A DNA stretch of 64,000 nucleotides from Octopus vulgaris (taxonomy: Eukaryota), in the NCBI GenBank assembly GCA_951406725.2, contig OX597819.1, positions 84,754,001-84,818,000 on the forward strand, written 5' to 3'. This document shows positions 13,182-24,665 of the stretch, piece after piece. The notes beneath the pieces were generated by a model. It was not told the DNA's origin and made no database searches. It was given only the letters and a program-made list of their open reading frames with translations. The translations under genes and the position numbers were made by a program. Position 1 is the first letter of the stretch, and every line of letters starts with the position of its first letter.

Positions 13182-16149
13182 CAAAAAGTATCCCTATAGA
13201 CTGGATACACGACAAATGAAAAAACAAAAACGTGAAAAATGTTTGGGAACAGTTCAAAATTTTTAGTTATACTTTTTAAGAAATTGGACACACACACACA
13301 CAGGGTAAATGAGAAACAGGAATTGAGTAAAACCACACAATTTACATTGTTTTATACTAAAAGTTCTTCGACAGTTAGATCTTCAAAATACAAGACATAA
13401 TATAAATAGACGATAATGTCCTGAATTTCCCCATTTCAGTTTTATTTCGCAGGTTAGGTTTTTGTTTATACATTTTTTATTGTACAAGAATACTCAGGCA
13501 ACTTAGATCTGTCGCTGCAGAGGTCATTTATGCAGTTAAATTAGTTACACAACTAATTATTTCAGAGTATTATAAAATTAATATAGTGAATGAATGATAG
13601 AAAAAAAAAAACAATGGCAGAATAAATTTTGGAGAAAAGTGTTTCATTCTATCTGGCCCTCTCTCCTTTCCGTGTTAAAGGACAATGGCATTTCTTGGTA
13701 TCCATTGAGAAAAAAATGTCATCGAAGCTAAGAGCCGTATATATTTAGAGAAAGCAGACTAACTAACAAGATAAACTAAATGTTAATAAGAATTGCTAAT
13801 ATTTTGAATTTAAAAAAAAAATGCATAATTATATGAAATGTGAGAAACAACGTGGTTTGGTAATGCAAAAAAGAGAACTAATTTCCTGAAAAACATAAAG
13901 AGGAACAAGCATACAACATCATGTCAAAAGACTGTCGGAAATTTAAGGTAATAAAATATAGCTGCATCTTGGAAATATGTAGGTAGCAATTTCTGGTTTA
14001 TTCAAATAAAATCTGATAGTATGCTTTAGACAAATTCTGCAGAGATATAATAACGGACTATCACCGTCTCCATATCTAATTTAATTTTGCACATGAAAAG
14101 CATGTAACAATAATTGGTAATTCGTTAACGTCGACCTGAATAAATATTTTTAATTCAAGCAATAACGTAATGAAGCATTATTGCAGAAAAAGTAACGTAT
14201 CAATTAACAACTGTGTTTCAAAATCATAGCTTTAAATCACAAATTATTTCAACTAACATATGGAACATGAAAAAAACGCTCGAGATTTATGAAGCGATTT
14301 CCTTTATAAGAATAAGAACAGACAAGGCTAAAGTTGAGGGGAGGAGATATTATTAAAGAATAAATAGACAAAATGAAATTGAATTTAGAATAGATTTAAA
14401 AATTAGGAAATTCTTAAAACGGACTAAATATTCATCAAAATAATTCAATTTTCGAGCATTTTACCGCTTACTTACATTGACCGGTGACAATGAATAAATA
14501 TATTGAAAGACAATACCGGAGAAAAAAAAATAAATAATTCTTCAGCACTTTTTTTATTAGTATTTCTTCAAATAATAGCATTTATTGGATATTAAAAATA
14601 TTCTTTATTTTAAATTAGCTGGGTAAATTTAAAATTTTTTAAATGATGAAATACAAAGTAAGGGGAGGATTTTTATATTTTTTTTTTCAGCAATTAATAC
14701 AGTTTAAGCTAATTAAGACTAGGATAAATGTTAAAGCGTGATGTTACAGAGGTCGATGACGAAAATATATATCTTTTCAATCAACTAATCAAGATAATTA
14801 TATGGAAATATTTATTTAAAATCCCACGCTACTAGCCGAAAAAATAAAATGAATTTGCAGAAAGTATATTCAAAATACACCAAATTTACCCGGAAAGCAG
14901 CTAAGAAATATTATTAAAATGTTCTCCGATCTAAGATAATTGAAACACAATGTAAATAAAGACAAAAAGCTACTAATTACTAGAACTGATTTATACAGAA
15001 TAAATATTTATATCGATTTGTTGGTGTTCATGTCTCATAAAAGAAGTAACGTGCTAAATGTCTACAACTGGGAGTAGGAAACGGGTCGCAAACTAGACAG
15101 GCCGAGAGCTTACCTCTACCCTATGGTTACACTGAGAATGCCTTGAGAATATACTACATCGATGAATTTTAAAGGAGAAACAAAAACATTCTGTTTACAA
15201 TCTTCTAGTAGTGCATTTAATTCCACGTATATGAACAGTACATTCAATGTGTCTAATTTAGATTATAAACAAAATTTTCTGTAACCAAACACTTACAGCG
15301 TGATTCGAACACTTGCAACAGAGAAGATTGAATATGATACTCTCTAACACGATTGTATTGACAGTTTTATTTATTTATTTATTTTAGTGCATAAAGTATT
15401 TTTTAATCAGTGACAAATTCGACATCATTATAATAATAAATTCCAAATGTAAATTTAATAAAAAAAAGCACTAAATACATTTAATTAATTCGGACAAGAA
15501 GTATCGGTGTTCCTTTGTACGAGTTCCTTTTCTGCGAATTAACTGAATTTTTTCATCAATTGTTAAAATTATCAAAGATATTCCTCTTTTCCCTGTTGTT
15601 TTGTATAGTTTTCATATATAACAATACAGACAACAAAATGATAACATCTCGCTTAATTTCGATTCAATAGTGTTCACGAATTTTGTCAGTATTTTTTCTC
15701 ATCTATTAGCTAGTAAACACACAATAAACAGGAATAAATATTTTTCTTTTTTATATAATTTATATTAAATGAAGCATGGTGAAAATCAATACCACCGTGT
15801 CAGATATAAGACGAGATAAATTTTGACTTCTCCAAAAGTAACGCATTCAAATTGTTATTGTTTACCATTTATATATCAACTGTTAGAGCGTCAAATATAG
15901 GTGGAGTTCAAACCATTCTTTATGCTTATAGTACTCTTTTACTTTAGTTCGACAAAAATTATTATTATTTAATAGAAATTAAATAATTATTTTGATTGCT
16001 TGATTCATTGATAAAAGAAAAATATATCAAGGTATTCTGATGTGAATGAAAGACATTCTCTTTGAGGCAAAGAACCTTAAGAATATTTGGAAAATATAGC
16101 CATAATGGTTATCTACAAACTATCTTGATATTGCATTGTATCAACTAAT

Positions 16150-16362
16150 TGGCTTCAAATTTTGGCACAAGACCAGCAATTTTTGAGGGGTGGAGGGATA
16201 AGTCAATTACATAAACCCCCCCCCCCTCCCGCAGTGTTCAACAGGTACTTATTTTATCGACACCGAAAGGACGAAAAGCAAAGTCGACTCCAGTAGAATT
16301 TAAACTCAGAGTGCAAAGATGGACGAAATGCCATTAAGCATTTTGCCCGGCATGCTAACGTT
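16150..16362 (-). mobile_element. Third SINE family fragment
   Basis: Minus strand reads cgttagcatgccgggcaaaatgctt...gtcgactttgc..tcctttcggtgtcgataaaataagtacc. Decayed copies at about 10780-10970, 47420-47590 and 50750-50910. Confidence 0.6.
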
Positions 16363-16633
16363 TCCACGTATAGCATTACTTTTAGGAGTAAAAATTGGTC
16401 AGCTTAGTTGTTCAAGTTGAGAGAATTTGAAACATTGTCAGGTGACAGGTACCTTTTTTTTCAAGACGTTTTTCCTCAACTTTCACCCGATTGTAATTGA
16501 GGTTGCCAATAAAATATCTGGATAATTTTTGGTGTTTAACAATCAATATTCTTTCCTCTGTTGGATTCCAAGTCAATCTTTTCCCACACTAATGTCTAAT
16601 TTGATGAGTTTCAATTTTCAGAATGAGTCTAAA

Positions 16634-16963
16634 CTGGGGCAAAATGAGGATCGACTAATTTCAATAATTTCTTCTCTTTAACTGCATGATGTGTAAATAT
16701 GGCGGAAAGACCCACTCCAGCAGATCATGAAGAAGCTATAGAGAATATCTTATATTGAGTTTTTAGATTTAGTCAAGTTTTTTTTATTTCATATCGTGCA
16801 ATTTTCCCATGATTTTCCTTAATTTGACCTAAATATTTAAAATTTTTGTTGCATTTCTGATTTCAAAGTAAGGATATTGATGTCCATGAGTCATTTTTCA
16901 AATGTAATTCTGCAAAAATGAAGAGGCAAATTTACCGTATCTTGTCTACTCATTTTGCCCCAG
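16634..16963. mobile_element. MITE with 15-bp perfect TIR
   Basis: CTGGGGCAAAATGAG (16634-16648) / CTCATTTTGCCCCAG (16949-16963). Confidence 0.65.
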
Positions 16964-17049
16964 CTAACGATGTCTACTATATGCTCAAACAGAACGGTGA
17001 TAATTTTCTGAAATAGTGTTCTGAATATGTTATAGTGTTTGTAATGCAT

Positions 17050-17240
17050 TTAGAGAAGATTGTAGTAGCTTCATGCAGGTAGAGCGTGGATTCGATCCTC
17101 GATCGCCAAATTTCACTTAACAGTTCAACAGCACTTTTCTCACGGTAAAACAATAGTTTTTCTGTGAGTGACAGCTGTTACATTTGAAAGATGCCTTCGC
17201 TAAGCAATATAATGTCTTTGCCACTTGACCCTTCTAACCT
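17050..17240 (+). repeat. Dispersed repeat with inverted homolog at ~50060-50245
   Basis: gtggattcgatcctc..gccaaatttcacttaac..caacagcacttttctcacggtaaaacaat matches the reverse complement at 50140-50215. Confidence 0.75.
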
Positions 17241-17502
17241 CTTCTAGGCCACCAAAAGCTTGAATAGCGATAACAGGTGTACCACCAACAAAATCTGTTG
17301 TTCTCAACAATGTCTACCCTTCTAGCTGGTTTTAGATAGTTATAAATACTTGAACCTTTTATGAAATACTACAAAAGGAAAAAAGTAAGTAAAATTGTTT
17401 ATTGAGAAAAAGGGAAAAAAAGTAAAATTGTTTTTTTTTTTTTTAAAAGAGGAAAAAATGATGATAAGGGGAAAAACAAAGGAAAATGAACGATTGTAAA
17501 CA

Positions 17503-18078
17503 GTCTGCCCACTGTGGTCTCCTCACACAAGACAAAACATCTCCAGAATTGAGTCACCCCAGAGGGCTCTTACTAAACAAATTGAAGGCATGGCTGCTCT
17601 CGACTATTGGGATCGCCTTAAAGCCTTGAAACTTTACTCCCTCCAGCGTCGCCGTGAGCGGTACATCATTTGTACGATGTGGAAAATATACCGCCAACTT
17701 TGCCCAAACGACCTAAACATTAGCTTCAAGGTTCATCCGAGACTTGGACCACGGGCTATACGTCCCCTGCCAAATTCAAGATCACAACATACATGTACAC
17801 TGCAACATAATTTCTTTTCCTCAACAGGCTCTGCCCTATTTAACATTGTCCCGAGGGAGATCAAAGAGGAAAAGGATCCCATCAACTTCAAACAGAGTCT
17901 GGACAGATTCCTTCAAAGAATACCAGACAAGCCACCCATAATTGGATGCAACTCACCCAACAAGAACTCACTACTTGAACAAAACTTGACTTAAACAGGA
18001 TTCGAATAATCCTATCAGGTGGTGCTATTAAGTTAGACATGGCCTGGACCAATCTCTGGTCGAAACATATCTAAGTTT
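17503..18078 (+). mobile_element. CR1-group LINE 3' fragment
   Basis: CPLWSPH...QRALTK..GMAALDYWDRLKALKLYSLQRRRERY...FKQSLDRFLQRIPDKP; close paralog at 39722-40425. Confidence 0.85.
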
Positions 18079-18389
18079 TATTAAACGTTCAAATGGTACT
18101 GTATGGTAGTGGGGCCCATGCAGCCATTTCATTTTCATTGTATAACATCATTCGTTTTATGTTTTTTGTCCCCACAGTGATGTTCTGTCTGCCCTTGTAG
18201 TGCCAAATAAAGAAATAGTTAGTGAGAGTGACCATCAGTTAGTGAACAGAGACTAACTAGAGCCATGGCCACAAGCAGGCAACCACTAAAGACAAACGGC
18301 CAGAGGGAGAAAGAAGGTTACAATCAGCGACTATGAGACACAACTTCCCTAACTTTCACCAGCTCGGTTTCTTTTCTCTTACAACTTCA

Positions 18390-19196
18390 TTCTGTTTTTT
18401 TTTTAAATGGGGTTGGGTGAAAAGGGGATCTTTTGAAGTCGGCGAGAAAGCGAAAGAGACACAGAGAGAGCGCGATTATATGAATGAAGTTCTGAAGTTG
18501 GCGTGAAGCGGAAGAATTGACGTGCGTGCGTGTGTGTGTACTTGATGGGGTGTGCGAAACAGAATGTGTGGTGTGTATGTGAATTGCTTTTGTTAGTGTG
18601 TGTGTGAAGAGAGAGAGAGAGAGAGTAATGTTGCTGGTGTGTGTGTGAGAGAGAGATAACTGAAATTTTTTATTCACTTTTTGTAGTGAGTGATTGACAG
18701 AGAAAAAGCGAGAGAGAGAGAGACGTTATGTATTTATGAATGGCTTCAGTGGCATGCTGGTTATTACGTATGTATGTATACATAGATGTATGTATCTGAG
18801 TATGGCCAAGAGAGAGTCAACTGAAATTTTGTTATTCACTTTTTGTAGTGAGTGAATGTAAGTGACTGACAGAGAAAAGGAGAGAGAGGTTATGTATGTA
18901 TGTACGTATGGCTTTGGCTGACTGTCATCCTGTACTCCCCTTGTTGCTAGCGAAATGGTAGATGCTGGCTGTGTGAACAACTGGTTGTTTTAATGGCGGG
19001 GTAATTCCATTAGAAAAGTTTTAATCGATTTTTTCGGTAAGTATGGGGGCTAGGAAAAAATACAAACCGCATTCCAATCTATGCACCCGTCTCCACATGT
19101 GTGCCATTTTTTCACGATAATCAACCCGGCCGTTTGGCTGTGAACCTCAAGACAAGAAAGAATACACGATCACCCATGTCCAATTTATATTATAGA
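18390..19196 (-). mobile_element. Probable Helitron 5' region
   Basis: Minus strand begins A|TCTATAATATAAA...cagccaaacggccgggttgatt..aaaatggcacaca and contains an internal direct duplication (about 18650-18790 and 18810-18910). Left boundary uncertain. Confidence 0.55.
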
Positions 19197-19424
19197 TTAG
19201 TATAGTATATATACATACATATATGTGTGTGTATTTGTATTTGTCCCCCTGCCATAGCTGGACAACCGATGTTGGTGTGTTTACGTACCCGTAACTTAGC
19301 GCTTCGACAAAAGACACCGATAGAATAAGTACTAGGCTTACAAAGAATAAGTCATGGGGTCGATTTCTTCGACTAAAGGCAGTGCTCCAACATGACCGCA
19401 GTCAAATAACTGAAACAAGTAAAA

Positions 19425-19990
19425 TTCTTAAGCGATACAGTTCTGTTGCCTTTGGTACGATAACATAAATACATCCAATCATTTCTTCTTTAAAAACATT
19501 CAAACTTTTTTCCCCTCACTTTCTTCTTTGCCATTCTTTGTTACTACTGTTCTAAGTGAAATACATGGGTACTTCAGCATAAAGTCATCATTTGCAATAT
19601 CATCACTGATGCACAATGAAAAGAATTCTGTCAATGTTGCTCTCATATGTCGTTCATTGACAGTCATATATATCCTCATTATTTCTTAGTAATATTCTTT
19701 GTTCATCTGGTAGATGAACTTGCAGTTTCGCTATAGCAGGTGCTCTTTCATGAATTGAAAATCCTAAAATGGATGCAGCTACTTCAGATGTTCCAATATA
19801 CCTACTCATTAGATATTGATTAATTTTCTTAGTATTTATTCGAATAGCAGCTTGGTCATTTCCTTTCAGTGTGTATTTGATGACGTACTATCGACCTCAC
19901 TGAGGCAATGATTTCAACGTTTCGGTGGCATTTGAATGCTCTTAAAAGAGTTTCATTATAAAGTAAACCCATTTGTTGACAAAATGAACA
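19425..19990 (-). mobile_element. Helitron RepHel internal fragment (pseudogene)
   Basis: With frameshifts: VNKWV..YNETLLRAFKCH.NVEIIASV.SI.YVIKYTLKGNDQA...YLMSRYIGTSE..ILGFSIHERAPAIAKLQVHLPDEQRI...TLTEFF.LC...LYAEVP.YF...IG.IY.I.P...ELYRLRILL. Confidence 0.85.
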
Positions 19991-20084
19991 ATTAAATTAC
20001 ACCATCTAGAAAATTACATATAATAGAAATATCATTGGTATATTATTGTTATTATATATATGTTATATATACATACATTATAGC

Positions 20085-20612
20085 TGTCCCCTCGTTATCG
20101 AGTATGGCCATTGCACGAAGCTTAACTGTTACTGGTGCTGTGATCGAATGTGACTTTTTAGCCCAGCTAAAGATCTACAATGTCTTGTACAGAATTGACA
20201 ACTAATACCTTTACCGGTAACAGCTGGCTGTAGTTGTAACTGGGCTTCATGTACCTTTGCATGTCGTTTAAGTCCTCCTACCGAATTACACTCTCTTCCA
20301 CATGCCCGACAGATATGATTAGTATGGTGTGTTACACCACCACCAGTGGCCAGGTTGTCACTCATCTATCTCGCTTTATGACTACGAAGATGACTCTTGA
20401 GTCCAGCTTTACTGAGGCAGGGTCTTGCACAGACATTGCATGTCAGCATCAAAGGAAGACCCTTCCCATCTGGAAGTGTAACAGCGATGCCCTTCCTGAC
20501 ATCCCTCCTTACTTTCTCATGTGCAACTCGAGATTTCTCAAAAGTGGCTGTCCCCTCGTGCACAATCCTTCTCCACCTGCTACGATCAATAGCTATGTCT
20601 TCCCATGTGTCA
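20085..20612 (-). mobile_element. RTE/BovB-like LINE 3' end with three C2H2 fingers
   Basis: PDTWEDIAIDRSRWRRIVHEG (RTE C-terminal motif), then CNVC..GLKSHLRSH, an in-frame TAG, CRAC..GLKRHAKVH and CQFC..GLKSHIRSQH. Confidence 0.75.
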
Positions 20613-20635
20613 GGAGAGAACATACATACATATAT

Positions 20636-20886
20636 ATATGTGGTGTTCGGATTAAATTTGCGCAAGCGTAAAAGGGTAAGTAAACAATAAAATTAAAATA
20701 TTTTAAAAGATCATAAAATAACTAAATTATGACTGGTTGATAACAGCTTACTCAATGTAGCTGTCTCCTGCTTCCATCACGGCTTTAAGACAGCTCCGGA
20801 ACCTGGCGTATGTGTTCTCCACTGTTGCTACGGGAAGATCTTAGAACACCTCCTTGATCTTGGTCACCAGCTCGGCCTTTGTATTG
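20636..20886 (-). mobile_element. Tc1/mariner (maT-like) transposase C-terminus and 3' end
   Basis: NTKAELVTKIKEVF*DLPVATVENTYARFRSCLKAVMEAGDSYIE* matches the ...F..RL.AV..A.G..IE C-terminus. Confidence 0.7.
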
Positions 20887-21599
20887 TCAAGTGAACTTTG
20901 AATACTCAGTCATTATTTTCGCCTTCATAGTATATTCTCCGCATTCGGCGTGTTTCTTTTGGAGCCTCGATTCCCAATCATGCTTCTAAACTCTTTTTCT
21001 TTCTAATATGTTAAAGCTCAAGCAATTACTCGAAAACATTAATGTAGTCGAGCTCCATCAAGACTTATTCTTAGAAATTATTTAACTATCACTAAGTTAG
21101 TATACATTTTGAGGATGAGTTTCTCATTCGGCTTCCTGCAACACTCTGACAATTTAATTTATGAAAAACTTGAAAGTTTAGTCAATGTCAAGCTCACTTA
21201 GCTATTGTGTGTTCCGGCAACTGATCGTAAACGATTCAAGGTTTACGCAAATTCTCTTCTCTATCTCTACCCCGCTTCCTTCGATCCATTCATCTTTGTT
21301 CCTCTTTGATGGGCAGCATTCTCTCCTTTCCAACATGGACTGGTTCGAACAGGAAGGTGGATGATGCTCTACAAATGTGGAGGGAGTTTAGATTGTTAGT
21401 CCTGAAGCAGGAAAACTTGATTACGTTTAGGACAATTACCATGAACACACAATTTTTATTCTCTTTTTGATCAATCCTAACGATACTCAAAATACTTTCG
21501 GTGAGTGAGAAACATCGTTTGTTTATTTAGCCGGATGAACTCCACATCAGAATTATTCTTAAGCTCAAATTTATATCGGGAAATTACCCTCAGATGGTG

Positions 21600-21960
21600 T
21601 ACGGAGAGGAATGAGGTGTCGTTATGATAAGCCCTTCAATTTCAGAGACTTCATGGATCGTCATGATGGTTCAAAGTAGGTCGCTACAACGAAATAAACC
21701 TAATCATTAAACGACCCATAATCAGTGGAATTGTCCAAGAACGACGAGGAGCTGGTGAACTGATTCTTTACTTTTGGCTAAATGGCACGAGTATCATACA
21801 GGACGTCACCGTTTGCAATACATTCACCTCATCACTAACTGAACGGAACAAGGTACTTAAACAACGTAATCTATCCGTAAAATACATTTTCCAACCTCAA
21901 GCAAGCTGGACTGACGATAAAGAAGTTTCTGACTTTATTAGCGTCTCGCTGGAGATTATG
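21600..21960 (+). mobile_element. Highly degraded CRE-like (RLE) non-LTR fragment
   Basis: RYNEINLIIKR...WLNGTSIIQDVTVCNTF...ERNKVLK..L..KYIFQP resembles the restriction-like endonuclease domain. Confidence 0.5.
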
Positions 21961-24329
21961 CTTTTTTTCATGGAATTGTTTTCTGAAGAATTTTTATTGT
22001 AATATTCTCAAATGAAATAAACTGGAATAAAAATTTTTTGCCTCTGTCCGGAAAAATAACACTGTCTCATTTTGTGATGCGTCGTAATGTCCGACATTTC
22101 CAGGTGAAACAGTTGGGCGGGCGGAATTAGATTTATCCAAACTGCTGACTTTGTCCCAAATTTCAATAACAATTGGTTCTCATTCTTTGTTCTTCGACAA
22201 TACTTCTCTCAAGTGGGAGAATCAGAAATAGTAAGAGTATTTGCCCTTCACGTGATACGCCAATTATTCAAATAACGTAGAATCGCAACACATTCAAAAC
22301 AAATCCCTTTTAAAAGGTTTTTGAAGAAAATTCATTTTATTTCATTCTATTTGTACTGACACGTGTGACAGTCGGTGGTATGTTCTCGAGATAAATTTAG
22401 TAAATCCCAAAGAAAAACCGTTTCTAAATATTTTAGTGTCACTAATCAATGTTTCAAAGTCGTTTTCGGGTGTTTTCCTTTTCATCCAGTTTATTTTTTC
22501 TTACTTGTCCCAGTAACATATCAATAATTAAATTTCCCGTTATTTCATCGTCTTTATTATCTCACTAATGATCCGGACAAAAATAACTGGGGATTTATTT
22601 GCAGCGGGTTCGTAGGTATTATTGTAGCGCCTCTGTGTGTGATTGATGTTTCCCAAGGGCAGCTAATAAGGTTAGACCATGACGAAAATTTCAGTTGGAA
22701 AGGAGCCATCAATTTTACACAAAATTTCACAAAAGAATACGATTGACGAGGAAAAAGAGCTTTCTGACAATAATAATCATATAAACAATAAATGTTTTAA
22801 TTTTTAACAACACATACAACGAATAATTACCTCTTGACCCAAAAGGTGTTTGTGTTAGAGTATATATGAAATTATATTTAAAAATCAAGTAAACCGTAAT
22901 CATTTATGTACAATTATTTTAGCTTTGGGCTTTTCAGATTTCTAAAACTAGTAAGAAAAATTTTGATCTAAATACTAGACAGCACCTTCCAGTAGCAACG
23001 AACTAACGAGGGAACCCCAACCTGCTTACTTACGGCAATTAAAACTCTCAAATCACTTTTTACTGTCTTAAAAAGGGAAGGACAATCTTGTTCTAGATTA
23101 AATGCTTTGGCTTATAGGTCTGCCCATACAGGGTCAACTTGGAATAAATAACAACATACTCCGTTGGTTATTTCTTTCTATTTAGCTAAACAGGTGTAGT
23201 AGAACACTTGATTATAATGAGACTTATAATATATGTAATGTGTTTAGTTACACTAATGTTGACGTTAAATAATGGGCAGATAACTTAAATTCTAACGTGG
23301 TTTCAATTTTGGCCATTTTATTTTCAGTTAATCCTGCAATGGAAGCATATTTGAATCTTACAAATTAAAAAAGTTCTTTGAAATAATTAATAATTTTTTC
23401 ACGAAATAGATAAACTGCAACCTCAAATGATAGTTCGGTTACATATTTACGACCATTTACTTCGTCGGAAACAATGTACTACTCCAAAGTTGTCCCCCCT
23501 GTTTAGGACCCTCTTCATTTTGTGTTTTTCCGTCTTCATTGGAACAAATTTTGTTCGTTTCATCCTTGTGCAAGATTTATCGGGAGTTATGATATTGGTA
23601 AGAAATCAATTATTGTTCAATATGCGTAAATATTGTATTCTCTGAATTCAATGTGCAGGTAGAATAGTGCTTGTATTATGTAATTTTAATTGGTTTTATC
23701 GTTTTTTTTTAAAGAATTCTTATATGCATCACATGCATATTTCTGAGTTACAGGAAAATTGGCCGAAACATAAGAGTGCCGGATAACGTATTACAAAATA
23801 TTTCGTTTATTTTATCAAGGATCCTGATTTCAAATATCATTTAGGTCGTCTTTTTTTTGCCTTTCATTCGTTTAGAATTGATAATATTCATGCAAATAAT
23901 ATATATATTTACTTGAATCTTTCTGCATAAGCAACTAAAAACCCGCTTTTCTGCAACAACTGGTCTTGTGTCGAAGAAAGCAATCACACGCACACATACA
24001 CAAGCGCATATTCATACACAAAATATTCTTGTAGCTGCTCTTAGTATAAAGTCATTCTTGCACGTGCTACTACATTAAAATATAGCCTAACAGTGATAAT
24101 GATGATTATATTGATGGATTAAAAAAAACAAACAAAAAAACAACTTAGCGTTATTGTTTCTGAAGATTGCATTTTTAATGACTTGTGAAATGTGTATGTA
24201 ACACATTGCAAAAGAAGAGGAGACGTTTTAAGATATTGCAGTAGCAGGAATAACTGAATAGCTGCAAGACCCTCATTAAATTCATATATATAAATATATA
24301 TATTTATAAATTTTATATACAAATATATG

Positions 24330-24619
24330 TGAATTTTATATATATATATATATATAAATGTATATGAATTTTATCTAAATGTATATGAATTTTATATAAA
24401 TGTTTATGAATTATGTATATAAATGAATTTTATATATATATGAATTTTATATTTATATATATATATATATGAATTATATATGTGTGTGTATATATATATA
24501 TATGAATTATATATGTGTATATATATATATGAATTATATATGTGTATATATATATATATGAATTATATATGTGTATATATATATATATATGAATTATGTG
24601 TATATATATATATGAATTA

Positions 24620-24654
<35 letters not shown>

Positions 24655-24665
24655 ATTATATATAA
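24330..24665. repeat. ~30-bp minisatellite (tatgaattatatatgtg(ta)n)
   Basis: Repeated gaattatatatgtg anchor separated by variable TA runs. Confidence 0.9.
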
